A stretch of DNA of 61,775 bases from Moraxella sp. (GTDB taxonomy: Bacteria > Pseudomonadota > Gammaproteobacteria > Pseudomonadales > Moraxellaceae): positions 1 through 61,775 of the forward strand of contig JBHAZZ010000020.1 in assembly GCA_041781275.1 (NCBI GenBank), written 5' to 3'. Shown piece by piece: positions 21,601 to 30,126 of the stretch (its first letter is position 1; each line of letters opens with the position of its first letter). The notes below the pieces were generated by a model. That model made no database searches. It was not told the DNA's origin and was given only the letters and a program-made list of their open reading frames with translations. A program made the translations under genes and the position numbers.

Positions 21601-22360
21601 TTAAATCATCTAGCCACGCTGTCAATGGTGGAAAGACAAGCTCGGACACCTGATTTTTAAAGCCCTGCCATCTCATGCCCATCACCTTGGTCTCTTCGCC
21701 AAAGGCTTTGGCGGCGGCAATCAGCTCTTTGCTCATAATATAGCCTGTGTCTTTGGCAAGCTCGCCCCAATATTTTAGCTGTTCTCCGCCATTTTTAAGT
21801 AAGGGCATCAAGGCACTGGCTTCGTCAGCGATAGACTCCATGTAAAACGTCATCTCCGCTGAACCAACATTGGCTTTGACAAGACTGTCGTAGTAGAGCT
21901 GTAAGCCTTCTGCGCCACTTAAACCACGAAACTGATCAGCTGTAACGCCAATCTTTGGAGCGACATTTTTAAAAAAATCTTGCATTTCCCCACCTTCGTT
22001 GGCAAGAAAATCACCGATTTTATCGTTAGTGTCTTTTAAAATATCGCCAAGTTTTTCTTGCTCCACGCCGACTGCCCTAGCTCCTGCTGCCCAGTACTGA
22101 AAAGTATCTGTATTTACTGTTGCTAAATTAGAAGCACGTTCAATCTCGCCTGCCAGCTCTGCTTGCTGTGTAACAATCGCCCCCATTGCGCTTGCAGCAA
22201 TACCCATTGATGCCGTCATTACAGTTGCCATCGTATTTGCTGCCGTCATGATGTCGCCAAACACACTACGACTTTCACTGCCTGCCTGTCTCATTTGACT
22301 AATGTAATTAGCAGTGTCCGCCTCCATGATGAGCTGTAGTCGCTCCAAAACTTGAGACAT
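18635..22360 (-). CDS. Tape measure protein
   Basis: 1241 aa, Ala-rich helical, GQAHDGIMSVPKSGTWNLEKGERV C-terminal motif, position after chaperones. Confidence 0.93.
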   Translation of the reverse strand: MSQVLERLQLIMEADTANYISQMRQAGSESRSVFGDIMTAANTMATVMTASMGIAASAMGAIVTQQAELAGEIERASNLATVNTDTFQYWAAGARAVGVEQEKLGDILKDTNDKIGDFLANEGGEMQDFFKNVAPKIGVTADQFRGLSGAEGLQLYYDSLVKANVGSAEMTFYMESIADEASALMPLLKNGGEQLKYWGELAKDTGYIMSKELIAAAKAFGEETKVMGMRWQGFKNQVSELVFPPLTAWLDDLNKTGGAFDTLSKSIIASMHGIGEWIDNGGLHQITGLVGVAAVGAFVQFGASVGATIPTLYAQSTALMANTGATIANATSQERLGAVLMALVQGHTPAQMALHRYTTAMTGAITATAAFVRNLPAKITGLGASTTAILGNTRAMLANATANLTMANAQKVAIGSSILLGRGVLGVGAALGGVAAILRANPLLTLAAIMSAIVIKAEGLQGAIKSLGDTARLAGVMFEDFVSNAVDGWGMIFDVAGDVLSGLVGNTDKSTVSMTGYFGEMFKNTQGGFVGLVQVGASVFDNLVTYGVTFAKMTVQNLSNGWIAIKNGVRAMGNTITSILEGTANVGVRFVNSMIDRVNELIRGISSVSVFFGGQAISEIKHVAPVSVGRLSYEEYAINPNFDTQLSQNKVTAARNYVDESIKSGQKQAKANEAVTKSLQEQQRAYAGVENKADEAGKAGEKAAKKVKQANDKANQAVFDLAKNMTEQLIEWNKQWWLWNRYPVNELLNTQTAKIDYEANNIHGKFFGLDQSVKDLMADTARTMDEISAGAELYEKNIDLAKQLYALKNSDSEYLSLRYDLYNDANPLSLAAENVKQETLDFAAHRELASYQNSIRETIESLREQDNLLAESSKFAQDLAVIENTRLKTLGKYEYLKEIHENYYEDIEQSANELAEMNKRLVVQTAYKEIVKSQISDEENKLNILKEQLDIISEQHKLYEKHSASNSMLDPNHRDILDNARVSVLHNALGLPKKELSPMEQLNKKFDDGNKLIDIYEKNGLEKYKNDQDTMTKIMQEAQTAREILTKNHRQNMLDLQLSMSQDMLGSLANTSKTAFGEQSKFYRATFAAERGVAIARAMLALKSNIAQASKIGFPANIPMIAGAFAQGMSIVNDIRALKAPVIGQAHDGIMSVPKSGTWNLEKGERVLPRHTAQNLDNTLNRLQGRGETKVIINNYTGESVQTEHQDNGDLMITIGKMVGDAIDYKLAERDAKSHRQGWGY

Positions 22361-22416
22361 TATTTTTTCCTTATAATAAAAAACCGCCTATAAAGGCGGT
22401 TCATAGCAATATCACA

Positions 22417-23199
22417 TTATAATGACTTTAATTTTTTTAGATCCAAAATTGCTTCAGGCTCAAATTCATATATCAAATAATCACCAGTTACAGACCTAAG
22501 TCTAATTTTGATGATTTCGCCATTTTTAATGTAATTTAATAAAACTGTTGGCTTTCTAGCTATTAATGATTTATCGCCATTATAAGCCATGTTTATTTTT
22601 TGGTATTTCTTACCGTCTACATTTAAATCTATGTTTAAACAGTTGTCTATACATAGAAAGTTATGCCAACTATCACCATCTATATTGCCTGAAACATCAA
22701 TTGTTATAATGGGTTTCTGATATTGCTTGTCCTTTGTGTCATAGCCAATTCTTAGTGTGGCATTTTTGTCATTTGAAATAAGGCTTGCCACCTTGAATAC
22801 CTTGTTATCAAATTCATTATCTGTTTTAAAATATTGCCATTGATTGTATTGTACCCATCTTTTATCATAATCCATATAAATCACTTCATCTGATATCGCT
22901 TCGTCTGGAAAAACTCCTTCTTCTTCTACATGGACAGTCTGAATGCCCTGAGAGGTAGGTATTTTTACAGACAAAGGCTTGCTTGAAGAATGCGGGACAA
23001 CAATAGTAACATCTCTATCTACTGTTTTATTTTTGACGTTTTCTAAAAACTTTTGTTCTGCACCCGATTTAGAATAAGCATAAATATTTCTATTTTCTTG
23101 CTGGTTTGTCTGATCGTTATCGGCAACAACAGTACTTGTTGAACTTGCATTCGCCATGACACCAACCACAAAAAAAAACAAAACTGTAAGGTACTTCAT
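22417..23199 (-). CDS. Exported moron protein (AT-rich)
   Basis: Signal peptide MKYLTVLFFFVVGVMANA, GGAG RBS, flanked by hairpins. Confidence 0.7.
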   Translation of the reverse strand: MKYLTVLFFFVVGVMANASSTSTVVADNDQTNQQENRNIYAYSKSGAEQKFLENVKNKTVDRDVTIVVPHSSSKPLSVKIPTSQGIQTVHVEEEGVFPDEAISDEVIYMDYDKRWVQYNQWQYFKTDNEFDNKVFKVASLISNDKNATLRIGYDTKDKQYQKPIITIDVSGNIDGDSWHNFLCIDNCLNIDLNVDGKKYQKINMAYNGDKSLIARKPTVLLNYIKNGEIIKIRLRSVTGDYLIYEFEPEAILDLKKLKSL

Positions 23200-23287
23200 T
23201 TTGTCGCTCCAAATCCAAAGCAATAATAGCAACATCATACATCAACAATCACATCAATAACAAGCCCCACACGGAGCTTGTTATCAT

Positions 23288-23985
23288 CTAGCAAGCACAT
23301 AAACCTTCAAACATCGCAATCAGACGCTGTTTTTGCGCCTCTTGCTGTTCTTTATAAGCTTGAAGTTCTTGCTCTTGCGCCATTTCCTCGCTGATTGGAT
23401 TTGGGTCTATCAAGATAAAATCAGACAACTTAGCATTAGGATCACTCGATTGCATCATTGCCAAGAGCGCTGTATTTAGATCTTGACGATAACCGCCAAT
23501 TGGATCTAAGCGATCGTATGCCACCCATTCCATAAATTCTTGATAAGACATTGTTTGCTTTAGTTCATACACTGTCTTACCCAGATGACCTGCAAGTTTG
23601 TACAAAAAACGCAGCTCTGGGCTGCGTCTTAGTTTTTTTCGGCATCATCAGCGGCATTTTTGGCGCTCTTGTTTAGTCCATTTTTATCAACAAAGAAATT
23701 AACCACGCCCAACACAATTTTACTGGGTAGTTTATTGATTTCATCAACATCATTTTCACCAAACACCAACTCGCCTGCTTCGTCGCACACAACTTGAGCA
23801 AATGCCGTAGCATTCATTTTATTGCCAGATTTTTTAGTTGTTTCAAGTATTTTCCAATACACTTCTTGCTCGCCGATTGTCATGTTTTTGACAAAAATAG
23901 GGGTTTTTAGGTCAGCACTTTCATATTTGAATGGAGTAAGACCTTTTTTAGCAATAGCAAGAATGTTGTTTTTAAGATTAGACAT
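23288..23985 (-). CDS. Tail assembly chaperones gpG (23629-23985) and gpGT via -1 frameshift
   Basis: GAA AAA AAC TAA slippery site at 23632-23640; -1 frame reads KKLRRSPELRFLYKLAGHLGKTV; hairpin 23609-23627 just downstream. Confidence 0.88.
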
Positions 23986-24009
23986 AAATCTCTCCTGTTT
24001 ATTGATAAA

Positions 24010-24438
24010 TTAAGAAATGAGTTTTTTGGCAAGACCACCAACAATACTGATAGTACCTTCAATACGTAGTTTTTTGCCTTTTTCGGCTTTTTCAGACAGC
24101 TTTTTAATCATGCCTTCAAATTCATAGCCTTTGACCTTGGGGTCATCAAACACAAGTTGCCACTTGGCTTTGCCGTTGGTGTCGTACAAAGTCTGCAAAG
24201 ATGTGTGGACAGCATCGGTGGGGTCAAGCACATATTCAAAGTTGATTTCGCCTGCCTTGGTGAAATTGACAGGCACAAGCACTTCTCGGGTGTCGTCTGT
24301 CGCTGTGATGTCATCTGTCTCACGCTCTTGGGCGGGAATATCTACACTTTGCAAGTGCAGGATTTTCTTAAAGTTTTGTCCTGCATCGGTGGACACTTTG
24401 AGCTGATGTAAGCTCTCTGCAACAGTTTCTACTGCCAT
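24010..24438 (-). CDS. Major tail tube protein
   Basis: DDITATDD, AGEINFEY, YEFEGMI; position. Confidence 0.85.
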   Translation of the reverse strand: MAVETVAESLHQLKVSTDAGQNFKKILHLQSVDIPAQERETDDITATDDTREVLVPVNFTKAGEINFEYVLDPTDAVHTSLQTLYDTNGKAKWQLVFDDPKVKGYEFEGMIKKLSEKAEKGKKLRIEGTISIVGGLAKKLIS

Positions 24439-24441
24439 AAT

Positions 24442-24792
24442 TTACTCCGTTGTTGTAAAAAATTGAACTTCTAAAATTTGACGATACAGCCCACTGTCAT
24501 CGTAAAGCTGTTGTCGCCCCAAAAATTCTGATGAATTTAATTCTCTAAATTTATCAATCACTTGATTAACCAAAGAATCCAGTTCATCATAGTCTGTATG
24601 ATAAACATCAATCTGCACCTGGGTGTACTCATGCCCCAAAAAACCATCAAGACTATTGATGGGCTGGGAGCTGATGGGGGTGTAGATGATGTACGGTGTG
24701 TCATCGGCGGCGGTCTCAGGTCGGATTAAGGGGAATACCCGCCCACCAACCAAATCTCCCATTATTTTAAAAATTTGTGTACCAGCATTCAT
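24442..24792 (-). CDS. Tail terminator (DUF3168-like)
   Basis: GRVFP...PYIIY...VQIDVY. Confidence 0.85.
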   Translation of the reverse strand: MNAGTQIFKIMGDLVGGRVFPLIRPETAADDTPYIIYTPISSQPINSLDGFLGHEYTQVQIDVYHTDYDELDSLVNQVIDKFRELNSSEFLGRQQLYDDSGLYRQILEVQFFTTTE

Positions 24793-24794
24793 AT

Positions 24795-25286
24795 CTACCC
24801 CTGAGCCACTTTGTCAATGGCTTGTTTGAGCTTTTCGCCAAAGCGAGTTACTGACACTTCTTTATTGTTATGAAATGCGGGTCGCAAAAAGGGTTGAGCC
24901 TGCATTTTGCTTGTGCCATACTCTATCATGTGCCAATAGAATGGCACTTTGCCAGTCCCACCTTTTTGCGAAACATAAATACCAATCCCTGCCCCATTGG
25001 TTTTGAGTTTCATTTTTGTGCGACGAATATGTTTTTTCAAAAGTCCCGCCTGCTGAACAACATATTGCCCCTCGCCCCGCTTAGCTCGTTTACCGCCTTT
25101 AGCGTTGGACGCATAACGTTTGTATGGTAAAGCTGTGGCAGGTGCTTTGCTTTTTGCTTCTTTAAGCATAGGTGTACTTGCAAACATTAAAGCTTGATGA
25201 AGCACTTTGCCTGCCACTGCATTTGTTAGCTCTGCTAATTTAGCGTCAAGCTCTGCCAAACCTTCAATACGAACTTCTACAGACAT
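24795..25286 (-). CDS. HK97 gp10-like neck/tail protein
   Basis: IEGLAEL, YWHMIEYGTSKMQAQPFLRPAF. Confidence 0.9.
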   Translation of the reverse strand: MSVEVRIEGLAELDAKLAELTNAVAGKVLHQALMFASTPMLKEAKSKAPATALPYKRYASNAKGGKRAKRGEGQYVVQQAGLLKKHIRRTKMKLKTNGAGIGIYVSQKGGTGKVPFYWHMIEYGTSKMQAQPFLRPAFHNNKEVSVTRFGEKLKQAIDKVAQG

Positions 25287-25375
25287 CACAATTCCTTAAA
25301 AAACAAACACCAACGCCCCACCCATCGTCAGAAAGGCAGGGTGTTTCACAGGTGTTTACAGATAATGATTACAGA

Positions 25376-26224
25376 TTAACTTAAGCCATCAAACCCGACC
25401 GCCCAAGTTTTATTTTCTAAGATACGTTTATCCATGCCGCCAAATCCTACTTGCTGCTCGATATGATTGGCACAGATTTTAGCATGAACAATATGACCGT
25501 GTATCTGACAGCTCAGCTTGGGTGATAAAGACCGAAAAGGCTTTTCTATCGCTTTATACCATGAATAAATAAATTCAGTATGCCACGCCAAATGTTGCGC
25601 AGATTGCAACAGACGAACATCAGATTGTACACTCTTATTTGCTTTTATTATTAATTCATGCACATACGCCACTGCTTTAGGCAAATCAGCCAATGCAATC
25701 TCATCAATAGACTCCACGCCCATATATTGGTGAATGAGCGTATAGGCAGTACTGTAGTCCAAGCTGCATTTGCCAACTAGCATACTGACGGCTTGGCGCA
25801 GGGGCGTGCGGTCGTCTGCGGTTGTTTTGCGTGGATTGACCGCCACTCCTTTATGCCAATAATCAAATAAGGCTTGATAGCACTCTTTTTTGTAAGTGAT
25901 AAGTTTGTCTTTGATTTCAGATTTAACACGACTAACATCTATACCAAAGAGCCAACCATTAAGATAGTGTATTGGCAGGCAGAGCATTTCACGGTTTTTA
26001 CCATCTTCTGCAACCATTTGTACCATACGAATGGTTGAATTTAGCACTTCATCACGAATAATACGTTGGCGTTGTGCAGTCCAATCAAGTCCGATATTTT
26101 CACAAATGTTTTTTAGCGCAGTATAAACAGTGTTATCCTGAACCATTGCTAGTAGTGGCTGACCATAAAAGTCAATGGTTGTCAGAGAATTGACAGAATT
26201 AACTGCCTGTGATACATTAACCAT
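25376..26224 (-). CDS. Phage antirepressor (P22 Ant N-terminal domain)
   Basis: IDFYGQPL, ICENIGLDW..Q, MLCLPIHYLNGWLFGI, YKKECYQALFDYW. Confidence 0.9.
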   Translation of the reverse strand: MVNVSQAVNSVNSLTTIDFYGQPLLAMVQDNTVYTALKNICENIGLDWTAQRQRIIRDEVLNSTIRMVQMVAEDGKNREMLCLPIHYLNGWLFGIDVSRVKSEIKDKLITYKKECYQALFDYWHKGVAVNPRKTTADDRTPLRQAVSMLVGKCSLDYSTAYTLIHQYMGVESIDEIALADLPKAVAYVHELIIKANKSVQSDVRLLQSAQHLAWHTEFIYSWYKAIEKPFRSLSPKLSCQIHGHIVHAKICANHIEQQVGFGGMDKRILENKTWAVGFDGLS

Positions 26225-26309
26225 AGGATATTTCCTTATGTTAGTGGTTGATATTCTAAGCAGGTTGAGACTTTGGCGAGTGCAACCTGCTTTTTTATTG
26301 CTTTTTTTT

Positions 26310-26376
26310 ATAGACCTTGCAGGTCTATGTGTGATAGAATAAACCTATTAGGTTTTTATGTCAATACCTAGTAGGT
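26310..26376. promoter_or_regulatory. Three ACCT-N3-AGGT palindromes over the ant promoter
   Basis: atagaccttgcaggtctat, aaacctattaggttt, acctagtaggt; minus-strand TTGACA-N17-TATTCT overlaps them. Confidence 0.65.
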
Positions 26377-26474
26377 TTATTTTTTAAATATTTTCAACCA
26401 TGGTTATGATAACCATAGTTGAAGTTTTAAGACATAATTTATCATAACAATGTCCTAACAGAAGGAAACTAAAC

Positions 26475-26717
26475 ATGAGTAAAAAAAATTACTATGAACA
26501 AACAGACGCACAATTCAAAATCCGCCTACCACACGAGCTAAAAGATAAAATCCGTGCGTCTGCTGATGAGCATAATCGCACCATGACAGCGGATATTGTG
26601 GCACGGCTTGAACAATCTTTTACTCATGAAAAGTCTGAAGTTCATTGCACGGACATCACAAACGCACTTGCTGACATCATGCGTGAAATCCAATCACTGA
26701 AAGGAGCTACTCCATGA
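26475..26717 (+). CDS. Arc/Mnt-family ribbon-helix-helix repressor
   Basis: QFKIRLPHELKDKIRASADEHNRTMTADIVARLEQSF. Confidence 0.9.
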   Translation: MSKKNYYEQTDAQFKIRLPHELKDKIRASADEHNRTMTADIVARLEQSFTHEKSEVHCTDITNALADIMREIQSLKGATP

Positions 26718-26914
26718 TACTAGACCTACCCCCAAATATTGAACAAATCATCATCAATCAAGCCAAAGAGCAAGGCATAACCCCCGAAAACTACCTGATC
26801 AATCATCTTAACGAATGGCTTGGTGAACGCACATTGGGCGGTGGCGAGCATTTACTCGTTGCCATATCTGATGATTTTGATGCGCCCCTTGATGATTTTA
26901 AGGAATATATGTAA
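26714..26914 (+). CDS. Antitoxin candidate for downstream PIN toxin
   Basis: ISDDFDAPLDDFKEYM C-terminus typical of PIN-toxin partners; coupled to next gene. Confidence 0.75.
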   Translation: MILDLPPNIEQIIINQAKEQGITPENYLINHLNEWLGERTLGGGEHLLVAISDDFDAPLDDFKEYM

Positions 26915-27297
26915 TGTATTTACTAGATACCCACATCATCATTTGGCTGTTGTCTTGCCCAGACAAATTAAGCACCAAAGCCAAACAAATCATCAAAAAC
27001 CCAAACAATAAGCTGTATTATAGCCCCTTAAGCTTTAGCGAAATGGCAATCAAGGTCAGCACAGGCAAACTCATCATGGTAGACAACTGGCAAACACGTT
27101 ATGCTGATCTGCTTACCCAAAAGCAAATCTATCCCATTCATCAAACGTGGGCAGACAGTCAGATTTTGCAAACCTTGCCATTTCATCATAAAGACCCCTT
27201 TGATAGAATGCTCATCAGCCTTGCGATGGTTAATAAGCTTAGTTTTATCAGTGCCGATGGTCATTGCGCCAATTATGATTTACAAGTAATTTGGTAA
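26914..27297 (+). CDS. vapC: PIN-domain (VapC) toxin
   Basis: YLLDTHIIIW, S..E..IK, LPFHHKDPFDRMLI, ISAD. Confidence 0.9.
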   Translation: MYLLDTHIIIWLLSCPDKLSTKAKQIIKNPNNKLYYSPLSFSEMAIKVSTGKLIMVDNWQTRYADLLTQKQIYPIHQTWADSQILQTLPFHHKDPFDRMLISLAMVNKLSFISADGHCANYDLQVIW

Positions 27298-27303
27298 AAA
27301 GTA

Positions 27304-27328
27304 AAAACCACCTAATTCAGGTGGTTTT
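27304..27328. terminator. Bidirectional intrinsic terminator between vapC and array A
   Basis: aaaaccacct-aattc-aggtggtttt inverted repeat with A/T tracts on both sides. Confidence 0.8.
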
Positions 27329-27332
27329 ATTT

Positions 27333-27601
27333 TTTTTAAGCCACCTATACGGCGGTACACTTGTTACTTCATCAAGCACACGCTCTTCGCTATTTCTAAG
27401 CCGCCTACACGGCGGTACACAATTTCTGATCGGCGTGTTCATGTCGAATTAGTTTTCTAAGCCACCTACACGGCGGTACACTTGATAAAAAATTGAAAAT
27501 CCATGCTGTATCTTTTCTAAGCCGCCTACACGGCGGTACACGAAGAAGCTGCACGAAACGCTGGGGCAGTGATTTTCTAAGCCGCCTACACGGCGGTACG
27601 C
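27333..27601 (-). CRISPR. Type I-F CRISPR mini-array A: 5 repeats, 4 spacers, no cas genes
   Basis: 28-nt repeat GTGTACCGCCGTGTAGGCGGCTTAGAAA at 27333, 27393, 27454, 27514, 27574; spacers 32/33/32/32 nt; 5-bp stem, 5-nt loop and 8-nt 3' handle of Cas6f substrates. Confidence 0.96.
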
Positions 27602-27665
27602 CCTATTATACCATAAAAACCTTTTTTATTTTCAAACAGTTAATCTATTTTACCCCAAAAACCCA
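27602..27665 (-). promoter_or_regulatory. Leader/promoter of array A
   Basis: AT-rich; extended -10 TGGTATAAT (27605-27613, minus); IHF-like TTTCAAACAGTTA at 27630-27642. Confidence 0.7.
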
Positions 27666-27997
27666 TCATTGCTGACACTCTTTAACATCAGCGTCAAATA
27701 CTCACGTCCAGAGCCATTGTCCGCCAACGGTTCACCCACGATTTCATACATCTGCCCTGCGTGTTGTAGTCTCATCGCACTGTCAATATCAGCACGATAA
27801 CGTATCATACAGCGTGCTGATATTTGCGTACCATGTGCTTGCCCTGCGATGATGTCCTTGACCGACAGCGGGGTAAACTGCCCCCACAGGGTCAAAACGT
27901 GTTCCCACTTGATAGCGACCGCCCCTGTGGGCGAGCGAGTGGACGTTTGTTGATAAAATTTGAGACGATTCCTTAACTTACCCGCCTGCAACGCCAT
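27650..27997 (-). CDS. Head closure / head-tail adaptor
   Basis: MALQAGKLRNRL, IRYRADIDSAMRL, YLTLML; start re-assigned to ATG 27997. Confidence 0.9.
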   Translation of the reverse strand: MALQAGKLRNRLKFYQQTSTRSPTGAVAIKWEHVLTLWGQFTPLSVKDIIAGQAHGTQISARCMIRYRADIDSAMRLQHAGQMYEIVGEPLADNGSGREYLTLMLKSVSNDGFLG

Positions 27998-27998
27998 A

Positions 27999-28400
27999 TC
28001 ACACCCCCATAACCCGATACGGTTGCAAGTGGAATTTAGCAGACATTGGCAATTCTGCCACGCCTGCCGCCACATCTTCACGGTAAGCATACAGCGTACC
28101 AAGTATAAGTAAAATTGCCGTCTCAATGGCTGAGTTGATGACCACGCCACGGATTTGCTTGTTTAATTCTGCAAGTTTGTGCTGATAAATCTCGTCATCA
28201 TCGTACACCAACTGCTTACGTTCTAGGCTGGCTTGGGTTTGGGCGGACTGCAAATCATCGTGAGTAGCATAGAGTTTGCGACCCATGTAGTTTTCGGCGA
28301 TGACGACTGCCGCCGCCAATTTACGCTCCACTTGCTCCAAATCAGCGTCATCGGCGTATAGATGAGCCATCGCTACATGAATAGGTATTAGCTCTGTCAT
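27999..28400 (-). CDS. Head-tail connector (HK97 gp6-like)
   Basis: AILLILGTLYAYRED...LPMSAKFHLQPYR; start ATG 28400. Confidence 0.88.
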   Translation of the reverse strand: MTELIPIHVAMAHLYADDADLEQVERKLAAAVVIAENYMGRKLYATHDDLQSAQTQASLERKQLVYDDDEIYQHKLAELNKQIRGVVINSAIETAILLILGTLYAYREDVAAGVAELPMSAKFHLQPYRVMGV

Positions 28401-28401
28401 A

Positions 28402-28563
28402 CTACCACCACTTGACTGCGCCAACGCCCTGCAAAATGCTGGCAACGGCAAATAAAAACACCAAAAATAAAATCGCATGGATAAGGTTACGCACTTTTTG
28501 CGAAGTTTCGTATTTGTCTAACATTTTTACTACCCATTGACCCAAATCTATGTTAAAATTCAT
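28402..28563 (-). CDS. Small single-TM peptide
   Basis: 53-aa ORF with one hydrophobic helix ending KWW, preceded by hairpin 28600-28629. Confidence 0.5.
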   Translation of the reverse strand: MNFNIDLGQWVVKMLDKYETSQKVRNLIHAILFLVFLFAVASILQGVGAVKWW

Positions 28564-28633
28564 TTTATAAATATCCCTAATATTTATATCATTTCGTCTA
28601 AAACCCAACTTCGCCAAAAGTTGGGTTTTTGTT

Positions 28634-28828
28634 TTATTCGGTCTCATGACCGCTTTTGGGGTCAGCTTTATTCTTTACGGGTCTCTTCTGCCCCTTGCCA
28701 TCATCAAGCGGTGCAATCAGCCCCATAGCCATCAGTGCTTCTGCGTCATCATCATTATCCACAACACGCACATCGCCATCAAAATACTGTTTATCGCCGT
28801 AGTGCTGGCGTACTACCTGGTATTGCAT
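28634..28828 (-). CDS. Small head-region protein
   Basis: YQVVRQHYGDKQY..GD.R...A..L...GLI, RBS AGGA; position after capsid. Confidence 0.75.
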   Translation of the reverse strand: MQYQVVRQHYGDKQYFDGDVRVVDNDDDAEALMAMGLIAPLDDGKGQKRPVKNKADPKSGHETE

Positions 28829-28885
28829 AAGTTATCCTTAATTTCGTGATTGGCTTTTCGCCAATTTTCAAGATTTATGGTAAAT

Positions 28886-28920
28886 AAAAACCCCTGATTA
28901 TGACTGCAATCAGGGGTTTT
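28886..28920. terminator. Terminator after major capsid gene
   Basis: aaaaacccctgatt-atgactgc-aatcaggggtttt. Confidence 0.75.
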
Positions 28921-28927
28921 GCTTGCC

Positions 28928-30109
28928 TTACACTTTATCGGCAAGCGTACCATAAATAAACGCTTCTGGACGATACACCGCCAATGCCAGTCGCTCGGTG
29001 GCTCGGATTGTCAAAAGCATACGAGTAAAGTCGTCATTTTCAAAGCCCACTTCCACCGCACTTGCCAAGCGGTCAAAGAGTTGAGCCCCCAAATCAAACG
29101 CCCCCGTCAAAAATTTACCCACGCCCATGCTTTGCGTCGCTACCACAGGCACGCCCCACAATGTTGGCGATAATGTGCCTTGTGGATTGCCGATGATATG
29201 ACGACCGTTGTCATCTTTGGTCAGCTCAATTTTAGCCCAGTCAATCGGATTAAGCACATGACCACTGGCAGGATATTCAGCCAGTACCGCTTGCAACATG
29301 GCAAGGCGAAGTTGGTCAATGATGGTATATTTGGCAAGACTTGCAGGGTCAGCAAAAGCGGTGGCTTGCGGGATAATGCCTTTTAGGTTGTTGGTCAAAC
29401 CATCGCCATTTAGAATTTGATGTTCTTCCACCAATTTAAGCCCATAGGTCAGCCGTCCATCAATGTGGCTCGCCAGCTGGCTTGCGTCATCTAAGACTTG
29501 GCTAGAAATCTTGACAAAATGCCCAAGCGTTTTAACCGCCACATTTTGCTCATCAAATTTAATATCTGATTGAGCCAGTTTCGCACCTTCGCCATTTTGG
29601 GCTTTGGCGTTGTTGGTAAAGCCTGTTTCACGCATATAGACAATGCTGTTGCTGTCAGTTGAGCCTGCCATCAACAAATCACGCACCGTCAAACGGCGGT
29701 TGGGTGTAGCAATGACACCACCCAAGCGTTGTGGGGCAATCAGCGAACCTGCCGAACCATCGGCGTCAGTGGTCGCAGAAGTGATGTTGGCCTTAATTTC
29801 CAATTTGGCTTTAGCCCCCGTGCCTTGATTGGCTTTGAGCTGTTCGTATTCGTCCGAGCCTGTAAACTTCTCGCCAAGCGTACGAAAATCCACATTGTCA
29901 GACGGACGGCGTGCGTCTTTTTGTTCCAGTTCATCAAGTCTTGATTTCACTTCGTTCATCGCCAAAAGCGCTTCATCGGCTTTGTCAATGGCGGATTGCG
30001 ACAGCTTTTCGCCATTTGCCATCTGACCTTTCATCTGTTCGGCGGTTTCTTTAACTTTGTCCACCGCTTCGGCAAACTTTTTTGCCAGTTCAGTTTGTGT
30101 GTCGCTCAT
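28928..30109 (-). CDS. Major capsid protein, HK97 fold
   Basis: Coiled-coil delta domain, LTVRDLL, QILNGDG, LWGVPVV, RPEAFIYG; GGAG RBS before ATG 30109. Confidence 0.95.
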   Translation of the reverse strand: MSDTQTELAKKFAEAVDKVKETAEQMKGQMANGEKLSQSAIDKADEALLAMNEVKSRLDELEQKDARRPSDNVDFRTLGEKFTGSDEYEQLKANQGTGAKAKLEIKANITSATTDADGSAGSLIAPQRLGGVIATPNRRLTVRDLLMAGSTDSNSIVYMRETGFTNNAKAQNGEGAKLAQSDIKFDEQNVAVKTLGHFVKISSQVLDDASQLASHIDGRLTYGLKLVEEHQILNGDGLTNNLKGIIPQATAFADPASLAKYTIIDQLRLAMLQAVLAEYPASGHVLNPIDWAKIELTKDDNGRHIIGNPQGTLSPTLWGVPVVATQSMGVGKFLTGAFDLGAQLFDRLASAVEVGFENDDFTRMLLTIRATERLALAVYRPEAFIYGTLADKV

Positions 30110-30126
30110 ATAAGCTCCTGTATTCA

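Noticed and set aside
27361-27392. Array A spacer reading SEERVLDEVT resembles terL PDARVLESMD
   Set aside because: Only RVL shared and nucleotide identity is low; cannot be supported without a database hit.
27493-27675. 60-aa ORF with repeated FLSRLHGGT
   Set aside because: Translation of the CRISPR repeats, not a gene.
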